Shown here: piece after piece, positions 30,409 through 40,131 of the stretch | How the letters are laid out: each line of letters starts with the position of its first letter | Numbering within the stretch: the first letter of the stretch is position 1 | Origin: an uncultured delta proteobacterium | GTDB taxonomy: Bacteria; Desulfobacterota; Desulfomonilia; UBA1062 | Assembly (NCBI GenBank): GCA_963785235.1 | Contig: CAWAUM010000002.1 | Coordinates: 64,001-128,000, forward strand | Direction of reading: 5' to 3' | Length of the DNA: 64,000 bases | Notes under the pieces: generated by a model | Seen by the model: the letters and a program-made list of their open reading frames with translations, nothing else | Databases searched by the model: none | What the model was told of the DNA's origin: nothing | Made by a program: the position numbers and the translations under genes

Positions 30409-30711
30409 TTATTTTCCCATCTTTTTTTGGGTCTTTACCTGTGCCTTCATGGACTTTTTGATGAGCTTCTGCTGGTCCTTAGAAGTCTCCTCTCCCGGAT
30501 CAAGTCTCATTCCGTTACCGGGCAAAGGCTCTTGCCTGGATGGAGGAACACTGACCGAAGGCCCTGCTCCTGCATGTGCGTCATGCTTCTTTTTTTGAAA
30601 GAATAACAGAATTGTCCTGCCCAGGGCTTTCCCGAAAAAGCCGATAAATCCGGTGATAAAAATCAGTGCCGCCCAAGTGGCCACTTCGGCCGGGCTCACA
30701 TGCTCGAACAT
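30409..30711 (-). CDS. Hypothetical single-TM protein with a basic C-terminus
   Basis: WAALIFITGFIGFFGK TM segment and Lys-rich tail. Promoter-like TTGCAC-17-TAAGAT just upstream. Confidence 0.65.
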   Translation of the reverse strand: MFEHVSPAEVATWAALIFITGFIGFFGKALGRTILLFFQKKKHDAHAGAGPSVSVPPSRQEPLPGNGMRLDPGEETSKDQQKLIKKSMKAQVKTQKKMGK

Positions 30712-30840
30712 GGCCACATCTTAACCCAGAAGTCCAGGGCGTGCAATGCTTGAACCTATTATAGATCGCATCAAAATCAATATTACATTTCCTGCCCTTT
30801 TTCTTGACTCATACGATCATGAAGAACTATACATCACAGC

Positions 30841-31353
30841 GTGGACAGACCATACCGAAATGTCATCTCCTTTGTCGCCCTGGGAACAAACAGCGGAAAG
30901 ACGTATCTTATGGAGCGCCTCATAACCGAACTGAAGAGTCGGGGCAGGAAGGTAACCGCAGTGAAACATGCCATGCACGGGCATGCCGTTGATCCTGAGG
31001 GCAAGGATACTCACAAGTTCGCCCAGTCAGGGGCTGACCGCATCATCCTGTTTTCACCGGACGGGCTTTTGATGTACGAGGCAAGACACCCCGAAACAGA
31101 CTATCTCTACACCATTGCATCCCAAGACATGGACATCGTGCTTGTGGAAGGATTCAAGAGCGGACCTTTCAGAAAGATCGAGGTCTTCAACGAAGAAAAC
31201 TACACCACTCCTTTGTGTGTGGGAGAGCCGGGCCAAGGGTACCTGGCCATTGTGAGCAGGGCGCCGGTTGATACAGACATCCCCCAGTTCCGTTTCGAAG
31301 ACATCGTTGCCATTGCGGCCTTTATCGAGGAACATACCTGCCAGGGCCGATAA
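30841..31353 (+). CDS. mobB: Molybdopterin-guanine dinucleotide biosynthesis protein B
   Basis: NSGKT, AVKH, DPEGKDT, DIVLVEGFK. Confidence 0.9.
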   Translation: MDRPYRNVISFVALGTNSGKTYLMERLITELKSRGRKVTAVKHAMHGHAVDPEGKDTHKFAQSGADRIILFSPDGLLMYEARHPETDYLYTIASQDMDIVLVEGFKSGPFRKIEVFNEENYTTPLCVGEPGQGYLAIVSRAPVDTDIPQFRFEDIVAIAAFIEEHTCQGR

Positions 31354-31425
31354 TCTCCGGCGGATTAGTAAGCTGTGAATGTAAGCATTCCGTAAGTTCT
31401 CCAACTCATATCACCTTTGTGTATA

Positions 31426-31605
31426 TATGGCGGGTGGCCGTGTGGCTATATTGTACGGCTTACCTATCCGCTGCTGGCCGGGCGCTACGAGGTGGGAGGC
31501 ATGAGCGCCGTTGTGTTCCGCGGCACAGGCACATGGGGCCCGCGCATGCGCCTGTGGCAACCAGGAGAGATCAACCGGGTGACCCTGCATGAAAGGCGGG
31601 GCTAA
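31426..31605 (+). pseudogene. C-terminal remnant of a metallophosphoesterase (YkuE/YaeI-like)
   Basis: Frame of ORF 31417-31605 reads WPCGYIVRLTYPLLAGRYEVGGMSAVVFRGTGTWGPRMRLWQPGEINRVTL, matching that family's SRG.G.WGP.MRL..P.EI..ITL tail. No metal-binding N-terminal part upstream. Confidence 0.65.
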
Positions 31606-31650
31606 TCATATCTTCCCTCGCTGAATAAACTGTGTTAAAGGCACTGCTCT

Positions 31651-32806
31651 ATGTTGATCGTACAGCTGAAACAAAAAAAGGAAGTACCTGTAATCCACGG
31701 GCACCCGTGGATATATTCCGGGGCCGTGGACAAGGTCCAGGGCGAGCCGGAAAAGGAACACCTCTGCAGGGTGCTGAACGCCCGGGGACAATTCGAGTGC
31801 CAGGGCACGTATAATCCCATCTCACAGCTGGCGGTCCGCGTGCTTACGCTTGGCAAGGAAACCATTGACAAGGCCTTTTTCGAGGCAAGGATCAAGAGCG
31901 CCTTGGCGCTGCGCAGGCGGATTATCCCTGAGGACACCACCTGCTACCGCCTCATCAATGGCGAGGGGGACCGTCTGCCGGGCCTGGTGGTGGACCGCTA
32001 TAACGACATGCTTGTGCTGCAGGCCATCACGCCCTTCATGGAAGAGATCAAGCAGGACCTGGTGGACATCCTGAAATCGGCCCTGCCCGAATGCGGCATC
32101 TTCGAACGTTCCGATTCCAAGACGCGCAACAATGAAGGCTTAAGGCCATCCACCGGCCCGCTTCACAAGAATATGGAGAGCCGGGACCTTGTCGTCAAGG
32201 AGCGCGGGATTGCCTTTGCCGTGGACATCTTCACGGGCGACCGCACCGGGTTTTACCTGGAGCATAAGGAAACAAGGCAGAAGCTCATGCGCTATGCCAA
32301 AGACAAGGACATGCTCGACCTGTTCTCCTATACAGGATCTTTTTCGGTGTGCGCGCTCCATGCAGGAGCAAAATCCGTCATCTCCATAGACTCATCCGCA
32401 CCCGCCCAGGTACAGCTCAAGAAAAACATGGATCTCCACAAGATCAGGCCCTTTGTCTGGCGGCACATGAGGGACGATGTGCCCAGGTTTTTAAACGATG
32501 AACAGGGTGAGCTTCGACCTGGTAGTCTGCGATGCCCCTGGCTTCAGCAATGAATATGATGAGCATGGGAAGACCGTGGCCCTTTCCATGGCGAGGCTCA
32601 GGCCTGGCGGTATCCTCTTTTATCTTGCGCCTGTCACGGCCCAGTTCGGCTATGTGGAGCTGCTCAAGGCCATCAGCCGTGCCGCCCAGGGCCTGTCGCG
32701 CACGGCAAAGGTCTTGGAGCCCCTTTACCAGTCAACAGACTTCCCCTCTCTGCCCTCTCACCCCCAGGGCATGCACCAGGCCGGGTTCGTGGTGTACGTG
32801 GAGTAG
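31651..32806 (+). CDS. RlmI-like class I SAM-dependent rRNA methyltransferase homolog, one frameshift near 32505
   Basis: GHPWIYSG (PUA domain), RLINGEGDRLPGLVVDRY, TGFYL, DLFSYTGSF. C-terminus continues in ORF 32498-32806. Confidence 0.85.
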
Positions 32807-32829
32807 GGAACGGCCGAGACCGCGACGTT

Positions 32830-33168
32830 TCAGCCCATCTTGCCTTCGAGCTGCCTGCCGCCAAGCACGTGGAGGTGGAGGTGCATAACCAGCTGGGTGC
32901 CGTGGCGTCCGCAGTTCACTGCAATGCGGTAACCCGATTCGGCCACACCCTTCTTTTTGGCGACCTGCTGGGCGGCGGTGAGCATGGCGAACCAGATATC
33001 CTTGTCTGTGATGTCATTGAGCGTTGCGATGTGCTTCTTGGGGACAACTACCACGTGCACCGGGGCAAGGGGAGATATGTCGTCGAATGCAAGGACTAGG
33101 TCATCCTCGTATATCTTGATTGAAGGGATATCGCCTTTGACGATCTTGCAGAAGATACAGTCCATCAT
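32830..33168 (-). CDS. hinT: Histidine triad nucleotide-binding protein
   Basis: DCIFCKI, HLHLHVLGG. Confidence 0.92.
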   Translation of the reverse strand: MMDCIFCKIVKGDIPSIKIYEDDLVLAFDDISPLAPVHVVVVPKKHIATLNDITDKDIWFAMLTAAQQVAKKKGVAESGYRIAVNCGRHGTQLVMHLHLHVLGGRQLEGKMG

Positions 33169-33206
33169 TATCCTCCTATTTTGGGATCATTCGGCAATGC
33201 TGCCGC

Positions 33207-33263
33207 ATTAACCTCTTCAAGCCGTTCGACTCATACTGAGTCGAACGGCTTGAAGAGGTTAAT
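33207..33263. repeat. Perfect 27-bp inverted repeat with a 3-nt loop
   Basis: ATTAACCTCTTCAAGCCGTTCGACTCA-TAC-TGAGTCGAACGGCTTGAAGAGGTTAAT, checked base by base. Confidence 0.95.
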
Positions 33264-33267
33264 TCTT

Positions 33268-33999
33268 TTAGGAAGACCTCGCGGCAAGAGACAGCTGTAC
33301 CGCCTGCCTCACATCCACTCTCCCTTCATAGATCGCCTTGCCCACAATGGCCCCGTAAAGACCTTCCGCCTGCAGGAGAGCGCTGATATCATTCATGCTG
33401 CCGACCCCTCCGGATGCGACAACAGGGGTTCTGACCCCGGCGGCAAGGGCTACGGTTGCCGCGATATTCGGGCCTGTGAGCATGCCGTCGCGGGAGATGT
33501 CGGTATATACGATGAAGGCCGGGTTGAACTGTTCATAGTACCTTGCCAGATCCACAGCGGTCTGAGAGGTAAGTTCTTTCCAGCCCTGCACAGCTACCTT
33601 GCCATTAAGGGCATCGATCCCGATGCCGACCTTGCCTGGGAAAGCGCTGATGATAGCCTCTGCGGTCTTGGGGTCCTTGGCCACTACGGTGCCCAGGATC
33701 ACATAGCTGATTCCGAGGTCGAAGGTGCGCCTGGCATCATCTAAAGTCCGGATGCCTCCGCCGAGTTCCACCTCGACACCCACGGCTGAGCAGATGGAGG
33801 AGATGGCCTGCACATTCATGCCCTTGCCTGCCACCGACCCGTCGAGGTCCACCACATGTATGCGTTCGGCCCCTGCCTCGGCAAAGGACTTCGCCACATC
33901 GGCGGGAAAGCGGCTGTAGACCGTCACCTCGTCGAACTTTCCCTTCTTCAGCCTCACCACCTGTCCCTGGTGCAGATCTATGGCCGGTATAATAATCAT
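33268..33999 (-). CDS. hisA: ProFAR isomerase
   Basis: IIPAIDL..G.VVRL..G, HVVDLDG, GGGIR, TDISRDGML.G. Confidence 0.96.
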   Translation of the reverse strand: MIIIPAIDLHQGQVVRLKKGKFDEVTVYSRFPADVAKSFAEAGAERIHVVDLDGSVAGKGMNVQAISSICSAVGVEVELGGGIRTLDDARRTFDLGISYVILGTVVAKDPKTAEAIISAFPGKVGIGIDALNGKVAVQGWKELTSQTAVDLARYYEQFNPAFIVYTDISRDGMLTGPNIAATVALAAGVRTPVVASGGVGSMNDISALLQAEGLYGAIVGKAIYEGRVDVRQAVQLSLAARSS

Positions 34000-34253
34000 G
34001 CTATGAGTCCCTCAAACTCCTTTACCCACCAGCTCTTGAACATGGTGGAGTATTTCAGGATATACACGTGGCCGTCAGAGGCCTTTATCTTATAAAATTC
34101 ATCAGGAAAAAAGCTCGGGTCCTGATATGCCTCGCTCCAGTGATCCAGGATATCATCGATCTCAAGTTCCACGCCTGTGATGTCAAATGAGACCGGACGG
34201 CCGGGGTGTTTATGGCTGTCAAAGGTCTTCACGGTTGCATGCTGAAATTTCAC
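33996..34253 (-). CDS. Small hypothetical protein (DUF6504-like)
   Basis: RPVSF, ILDHW, YKIKASDGHVYILKY...WW. Overlaps hisB and hisA by 4 nt each. Confidence 0.75.
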   Translation of the reverse strand: MKFQHATVKTFDSHKHPGRPVSFDITGVELEIDDILDHWSEAYQDPSFFPDEFYKIKASDGHVYILKYSTMFKSWWVKEFEGLIA

Positions 34254-34828
34254 AGATGGGCTTTTGTAGAGGGTATGTCGGTGCCCGTGACGGCTACCGC
34301 CTCCTTGAAGGCCCGAGCGAACGCCTTGAAGCAGGCCTCTACCAGATGGTGGCCATTGCCCGAGGCAAAGATGGTCATGTGCAGGGTGATGCCTGCCTGG
34401 AAGGCCAGGGACCGGAAAAATTCAGGCACGAGTTCCAGGTCAAGATCTCCCGCCTTGCCATGGAAGACATCCCCGCCATGGATGACAAAGAAAGGTCTGC
34501 CCGAGATATCCAGGCATGCCTCCACCAATGATTCGTCCATGGGGACCTTTGCCAGGCCATATCGGGTAATCCCGCGCTTCTCGCCCAGGGCGCTGTTGAT
34601 GGCCTTGCCCAGCACGATGCCGATATCCTCCACCGTGTGGTGCAGGTCAACATGCACGTCGCCTTTGGCCTCCACCTTGAGCCCGATGCCTGCATGCTTG
34701 GCAAAGGCATCGAGCATGTGTGTAAGGAAGCCCGAGGGTATGTTCAGGCTGAATCCGCCCCCATCCAGGCTGATGATTACCGAGATCTCCGTCTCCTTGG
34801 TCTTTCTTGTGACAGTGGCCTCTCTCAT
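34250..34828 (-). CDS. hisB: Imidazoleglycerol-phosphate dehydratase
   Basis: RKTKET, FLTHML, DLHHTVED, PMDE, NGHHLVEA. Confidence 0.96.
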   Translation of the reverse strand: MREATVTRKTKETEISVIISLDGGGFSLNIPSGFLTHMLDAFAKHAGIGLKVEAKGDVHVDLHHTVEDIGIVLGKAINSALGEKRGITRYGLAKVPMDESLVEACLDISGRPFFVIHGGDVFHGKAGDLDLELVPEFFRSLAFQAGITLHMTIFASGNGHHLVEACFKAFARAFKEAVAVTGTDIPSTKAHL

Positions 34829-37491
34829 TACGATTCCTCCACTCCTGCAGATTCCATTAAGATCTTTATTACATCATCTTTTTTATTAACATCTGCACCA
34901 CCTTGGGCGAAGAAAGGCTTACCTCCTCCTCTACCTCCAACTGCATCCATTGCCTTTTTCATAGCTTTTCCTGCATCAAATTTACTTCCAATATCTGCAG
35001 TTGCCATAGTCGCAAAAGTGACTTTATTTTCACTAGTAGAGGATAGAATAACCAAACCAGATTTTATACTATCTTTAAACCGATCACCAATCTCACGCAT
35101 TTGTGCAATATCATTACTATCAACATCTTTTATAATTACAGAAAAACCATATTTCGAATTCAATGTTGTCCCAATATTATCACCTGTTCCCCCTGTAGCG
35201 ACGCGGATGTTGAGGTCTTTGATGGCGTTTTCCTGCTCCTTGATCCTGGCCTGCATGGAACTGATGCGTTCATTGATCTCTGAAGGCGCGCACTTGAACT
35301 TCTCCGCAACCGAAGAGACAAGCCCGGCGAGAGAACGATATTGTTCCAGAGAGCGTGTACCTGCAATGGCCTCGATCCTTCGCAGACCCGCGGATACGCT
35401 GGATTCCGAGACGATCTTCACCAGGCCTATCTGGCCGGTGGATGTACAGTGCGTACCACCGCAGAGCTCCACGGATACGCCATTGCCCATGGTCACTACC
35501 CGCACCTCATCGCCGTATTTCTCTGTGAAGAGCGCCATGGCACCCTTGCCCATGGCCTCGTCCTTGGAGAGGACCTCTGTCTTGATGGGCAGGTTCTCCA
35601 ATACGAGCTGGTTTACAATAGCCTCAACCTGTTCCATCTCCTGTTCGCTCAAGGCAGCGAAGTGGGTAAAGTCGAACCTGAGCCTGGCATCGGTCACCAG
35701 CGAACCTGACTGGTGTGCATGCTCGCCCAGCACATCCCTCAAGGCCCGCTGGAGCAGGTGGGTGGCGCTGTGGTGACGCATGATACTCTTACGCCTTGAT
35801 GCATCTACTGAAAGCTTAACGGTCTGTCCCTTGGAGAGCGTGCCGGATGTAATCCGCACACGATGGACAATACAATCGTTTTCCATTTTAATGGCATCTT
35901 GAACCTCTGCTGCTCCTCGTGAAGAACTTATGGTGCCGGTATCGCCTACCTGCCCGCCGGATTCGCCGTAGAACGGGGTGATATCGGTGATGATATAGAC
36001 CTCCTGTCCCTGACGTGCATCATCTGCCAAGGACGTCCGGCCTTCATCATTGATAAGGTGCATCTCAAGGATGCACGCGTCGGTCTCCATGGTGTCATAC
36101 CCCACGAACTTCACAACATGCCCTGATGCGGATGAGCGGGGTGTCCCTGATGTCTCGGCCAATGCGCCGAACGATGACGCACCGCGGGCCTTTTCCCGCT
36201 GAAGCTCCATCTGGGCCTCAAAGCCTGCATTGTCGATGCCGAAACCGGCCTTGCGGGCGATGTCCTCGGTGAGATCTACCGGGAAGCCGAAGGTGTCATA
36301 GAGGGAAAATACATCAATGCCGGGGATCTGTTTCTCGCCCTTTGCCGACAGGGCCACCAGGATCTCATCCAGCAGGCTTAGGCCCCTGTCCAGGGTCTTC
36401 AGAAAACGATCTTCCTCGTTGGCAATGACCTTATCGATGAAATCCTTCCTGCCCGCCAGGTCCGGGTAGACGTCTGCCATCTCACTGATTACCTTCATGG
36501 CGACCTTATGCAGAAACGCGGTGTTCATTCCCAGGAGCTTGCCGTGACGGGCAGCCCTTCGGATGATACGCCGGAGCACGTAACCCCTTCCCTCATTGGA
36601 CGGCAGTATCCCATCGCACACCAGGAAGGTACTTGCCCGGGCATGGTCTGCAATGACCCGGATGGAAACGTCAAGGTCTTCGTCCTGAGCGTATTTCTTC
36701 CCGGCAAGATCACTGATAAAACTGATGAGCGGGGCGAACAGGTCGGTATCATAGTTGCTCTTTACGCCCTGGAGAACCGCAGTGATACGTTCAAGCCCCA
36801 TGCCCGTATCGATGTTGGGTGCAGGCAAAGGGCTCAGTGTTCCGGTCTCGTCGCGGTTGAATTGCATGAACACGAGGTTCCATATCTCCAGGTACCGGTC
36901 GCAGTCACACTCGCCGGCCTTGCACTCAGGCCTGCCGCAACCAACCCCGGGTCCCTGGTCAAACAGGATCTCCGAGCATGGCCCGCAGGGCCCGGTATCT
37001 CCCATGGACCAGAAGTTGTCCTTGTCGCCGAGCCGGAGTATCCTTTCAGGAGATAACCCGATGTGCTTGTGCCAGATATCATAGGCCTCATCGTCGCTAT
37101 GGTGGACACTTGCATAGAGCCTTGCCGGGTCAATCCCCATGCGCTTAACCAGCAGGTCCCATGCATAATCGATGGCGCCTTTCTTGAAGTAGTCGCCGAA
37201 CGAGAAGTTACCCAGCATCTCGAAAAAGGTGTGGTGGCGCGCCGTCCGGCCAACGTTTTCCAGGTCGTTGTGTTTGCCGCCTGCCCGGACGCATTTCTGA
37301 GAGGTAGTGGCCCTTGAATAAGCCCTCTTCTCCGTGCCTAAAAACGTGGACTTGAACTGCACCATGCCTGCATTGGTAAAGAGAAGGGTCGGGTCGTCGC
37401 CCGGCACCAGCGATGAACTGGCAATCTTTGTGTGCCCCTTTTCCTGAAAATACTCCAAAAACATGCTGCGAATCTCAGAACCCTTCTTCAT
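34828..37491 (-). CDS. alaS: Alanine--tRNA ligase
   Basis: DPTLLFTNAGM, RHHTFFEMLGNFS, HHSATHLL, ELCGGTH, GGRGGGKP. Confidence 0.97.
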   Translation of the reverse strand: MKKGSEIRSMFLEYFQEKGHTKIASSSLVPGDDPTLLFTNAGMVQFKSTFLGTEKRAYSRATTSQKCVRAGGKHNDLENVGRTARHHTFFEMLGNFSFGDYFKKGAIDYAWDLLVKRMGIDPARLYASVHHSDDEAYDIWHKHIGLSPERILRLGDKDNFWSMGDTGPCGPCSEILFDQGPGVGCGRPECKAGECDCDRYLEIWNLVFMQFNRDETGTLSPLPAPNIDTGMGLERITAVLQGVKSNYDTDLFAPLISFISDLAGKKYAQDEDLDVSIRVIADHARASTFLVCDGILPSNEGRGYVLRRIIRRAARHGKLLGMNTAFLHKVAMKVISEMADVYPDLAGRKDFIDKVIANEEDRFLKTLDRGLSLLDEILVALSAKGEKQIPGIDVFSLYDTFGFPVDLTEDIARKAGFGIDNAGFEAQMELQREKARGASSFGALAETSGTPRSSASGHVVKFVGYDTMETDACILEMHLINDEGRTSLADDARQGQEVYIITDITPFYGESGGQVGDTGTISSSRGAAEVQDAIKMENDCIVHRVRITSGTLSKGQTVKLSVDASRRKSIMRHHSATHLLQRALRDVLGEHAHQSGSLVTDARLRFDFTHFAALSEQEMEQVEAIVNQLVLENLPIKTEVLSKDEAMGKGAMALFTEKYGDEVRVVTMGNGVSVELCGGTHCTSTGQIGLVKIVSESSVSAGLRRIEAIAGTRSLEQYRSLAGLVSSVAEKFKCAPSEINERISSMQARIKEQENAIKDLNIRVATGGTGDNIGTTLNSKYGFSVIIKDVDSNDIAQMREIGDRFKDSIKSGLVILSSTSENKVTFATMATADIGSKFDAGKAMKKAMDAVGGRGGGKPFFAQGGADVNKKDDVIKILMESAGVEES

Positions 37492-37918
37492 GCATCAACC
37501 CCGCCTGTTTCATCAAGTATAAGATCAATGGGGAATCCCCTGCCTGCAAGGAAACGGATAAGCTTTTCCCTTGGCAGGCCTGTTCTCTTCCTGATTATTT
37601 TTTTTATCCTTTTCCGTTCACCCAGATCCTTAGGCAAAGCCGACATGGCGCTCGTCACAAAAGAATCCGGCAAACCGATACCTTCCAGAAAAATCCTGAT
37701 GGCAAAGTCCCCATAGCCCTTTTCAGCCAGAATCAATGCCCTGCGAACGGCATAGCTGGTATCATCAAGGTAGCCGAGTTCGATGATACGGGCTATGGTA
37801 GCATCGATCACCTCGTCAGGGGCGCCTTTGTCATGGAGTTTTTTTTTAACTCAAAGGAAGAAACCGCACGTCTTGAGATGACGGATAGTGCATAGCGCAC
37901 CCCATCACTCGACGTCAC
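37488..37918 (-). CDS. recX: Regulatory protein RecX, frameshift in an A-run near 37845
   Basis: GTG 37918 gives ...ALSVISRRAVSSFELKK, then LHDKG...GYLDDTSYA...KGYG...LIRFLAGRGF. Sits between pilT and alaS. Confidence 0.85.
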
Positions 37919-39092
37919 GATACTTGCCTTGCTGGTAGACGGTCGTCTTGGCAAAGGCATCGTCTTCCCCTCCTGCTTCTGTTTCCTCTTTTTCGAACTG
38001 GTCCCATTTGCCGTCGGACGTGCCGCGAATGCCCTTCATGCGCAGCGCGAAGTCGTTAGGATTGGTGGCGTTGCGCATGGCCTCGTGATAGCTGACCTTG
38101 CCATCCTTTACCAGAGACATGAGGGCCTGGTCAAAGGTCTGCATCCCATAAGATATCGTGCCGTCGGCTATTGCATCGGATATCTCTGAAGTCCTGTGTT
38201 CATCTACGATACACTCCCGCACCATGGCTGTTGATACCAGGATCTCGGCGGCCGGCACAACTCCCTGTCCGTCGAGCTTGGGCAGCAGCCTCTGGGATAT
38301 GGCTGCCTTCAGCACACCCGCGAGCTGAAGGCGTATCTGCAGGTGCTGGTGGGGCGGGTACTGGGAGACGATTCGCATGATGGTCTCCTGGGCATCCAGG
38401 GTGTGCAGGGTGGAGAACACAAGATGACCTGTCTCCGCCGCGGTGAGTGCGATATCAATGGTCTCACGGTCACGCATCTCACCCACCAGGATAACGTCCG
38501 GGTCCTGTCTTAAGGCGGCCCGTAGTGCCATGGCAAATGAGTTCGTGTCCGAACCGACTTCCCGCTGATTGATGATGGACTTCCGGTCCCGGTGGAGGAA
38601 TTCGATGGGGTCCTCTATGGTGATGACATGGCAATTCCGGTTCGTGTTGATGTGGTCGATCATGGCGGCCAGTGTGGTGGATTTGCCCGAACCGGTGGTC
38701 CCGGTAACCAGTATGAGCCCCTTGCGCTCCAGACTGATCTTCTTGAGCACCTCGGGCAGCCCCAGGTCTTCCAGTTCCGGGGGGTCGGTGGGCACGATCC
38801 TGAATACCATGCCATAACTGCCGCGCTGCTTGAAGCAGTTGACCCTGAACCTGGCCACCTGGGAGAGGCTGTAGGCAAAGTCGATCTCGTTGGTGGTCTC
38901 GAACTTGGCCTGCTGATACTGGTTCATGATGCCGTACGCCATGGCATAGATGTCTTCGTTGGTCAGCTTGTTCTGATCGCGCATGGGGATGAGCGCGCCG
39001 AACCGCCTGATAACCGGGGGCAGACCGACCTTGATATGTACGTCGGATGCCGTGATATCCACTGCCGTCTTCAGTATAGGGTTGATATCCAT
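37905..39092 (-). CDS. pilT: PilT/PilU-family type IV pilus retraction ATPase
   Basis: ASDVH, GTTGSGKST, TIEDPIE, ALRQDPDVILVGEMRD, AETGHLVFSTLH, GMQTFDQ. Confidence 0.9.
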   Translation of the reverse strand: MDINPILKTAVDITASDVHIKVGLPPVIRRFGALIPMRDQNKLTNEDIYAMAYGIMNQYQQAKFETTNEIDFAYSLSQVARFRVNCFKQRGSYGMVFRIVPTDPPELEDLGLPEVLKKISLERKGLILVTGTTGSGKSTTLAAMIDHINTNRNCHVITIEDPIEFLHRDRKSIINQREVGSDTNSFAMALRAALRQDPDVILVGEMRDRETIDIALTAAETGHLVFSTLHTLDAQETIMRIVSQYPPHQHLQIRLQLAGVLKAAISQRLLPKLDGQGVVPAAEILVSTAMVRECIVDEHRTSEISDAIADGTISYGMQTFDQALMSLVKDGKVSYHEAMRNATNPNDFALRMKGIRGTSDGKWDQFEKEETEAGGEDDAFAKTTVYQQGKYRDVE

Positions 39093-39112
39093 CTCTCTCT
39101 CCTAAAGGCAGG

Positions 39113-40129
39113 CTAACTTAAGGCATCATTCGCCACGATGTAGTTCTTTTTCACAGCGTCAGAGACTTCCTGGAAGACCTCGGGATGCTCTTTCAGGTAT
39201 GTCTTGGCAGCCTCTCTGCCCTGGCCCAGACGCTGTTTGTTGTATGTGTACCATGAGCCCGCCTTTTCAATGATGTTCTTATCGGAATTGCTCGCCACAT
39301 CCAATAGTTCGCCGTAACGAGATATCCCCTCACCGAACATGATGTCGAACTCAACCTCTTTGAATGGCGGCGCCATCTTGTTCTTTACCACCTTCACCCG
39401 GGTCCTGTTCCCGATGATCTTGTCTCCGTCCTTGATGGGGCCGACGTTCTTGATCTGGAGCCTCACGCTGGCGTAGAACTTCAGGGCATTGCCGCCTGTG
39501 GTGGTCTCGGGATTGCCATAGATCACACCGATCTTCTGGCGTGTCTGGTTGATGAAAACTGCGGTGGTCTTGGTCTTGGAGATTGCCCCCGAGAGCTTGC
39601 GCAAGGCCTGCGACATGAGCCTGGCCTGCAGCCCCATATGTGAATCGCCCATGTCGCCCTCGATCTCTGCCCGGGGGACCAGGGCCGCCACCGAGTCAAT
39701 CACAACGATATCAACCGCATTGGATCTCACCAGGGTCTCGGCAATGTCCAGGGCCTGCTCTCCCGAGTCGGGCTGGGAGACCAGGAGGTCGTCGATGTTC
39801 ACGCCGAGCTTCTGGGCATAGGTTACGTCGAGGGCATGCTCCGCGTCAATGAACGCTGCCACCCCGCCGGCTGCCTGGGTGGATGCGATGCAATGAAGCG
39901 ACAGGGTTGTCTTTCCCGAGGATTCCGCACCATAAATCTCGGTCACCCTGCCCCTGGGAATGCCGCCGATGGCAAGCGCCTCAAAGTCGAGCAGGAGCGA
40001 CCCTGTGGAGATGACAGGCACCCCCTTGCCTATGGCATCCGAGCCCATGCGCATGATGGACCCCTTGCCGAAGGACCGCTCGATCTTGGATATGGCATCT
40101 TCCAATGCTCTCTTTCTGCCTTCTTCCAT
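39113..40129 (-). CDS. recA: Recombinase RecA
   Basis: [37 protein letters not shown]. Confidence 0.98.
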   Translation of the reverse strand: MEEGRKRALEDAISKIERSFGKGSIMRMGSDAIGKGVPVISTGSLLLDFEALAIGGIPRGRVTEIYGAESSGKTTLSLHCIASTQAAGGVAAFIDAEHALDVTYAQKLGVNIDDLLVSQPDSGEQALDIAETLVRSNAVDIVVIDSVAALVPRAEIEGDMGDSHMGLQARLMSQALRKLSGAISKTKTTAVFINQTRQKIGVIYGNPETTTGGNALKFYASVRLQIKNVGPIKDGDKIIGNRTRVKVVKNKMAPPFKEVEFDIMFGEGISRYGELLDVASNSDKNIIEKAGSWYTYNKQRLGQGREAAKTYLKEHPEVFQEVSDAVKKNYIVANDALS

Positions 40130-40131
40130 TT

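Noticed and set aside
31417-31610. Riboswitch or ncRNA (GGCAACC, GC-rich stems) after mobB
   Set aside because: SAM-I, Moco and c-di-GMP core motifs do not line up. A phosphoesterase gene remnant explains the sequence better.
37905-39092. pilT inserted between recA and recX as a novelty
   Set aside because: The recA-pilT-recX-alaS order is, to my knowledge, already known in deltaproteobacteria.
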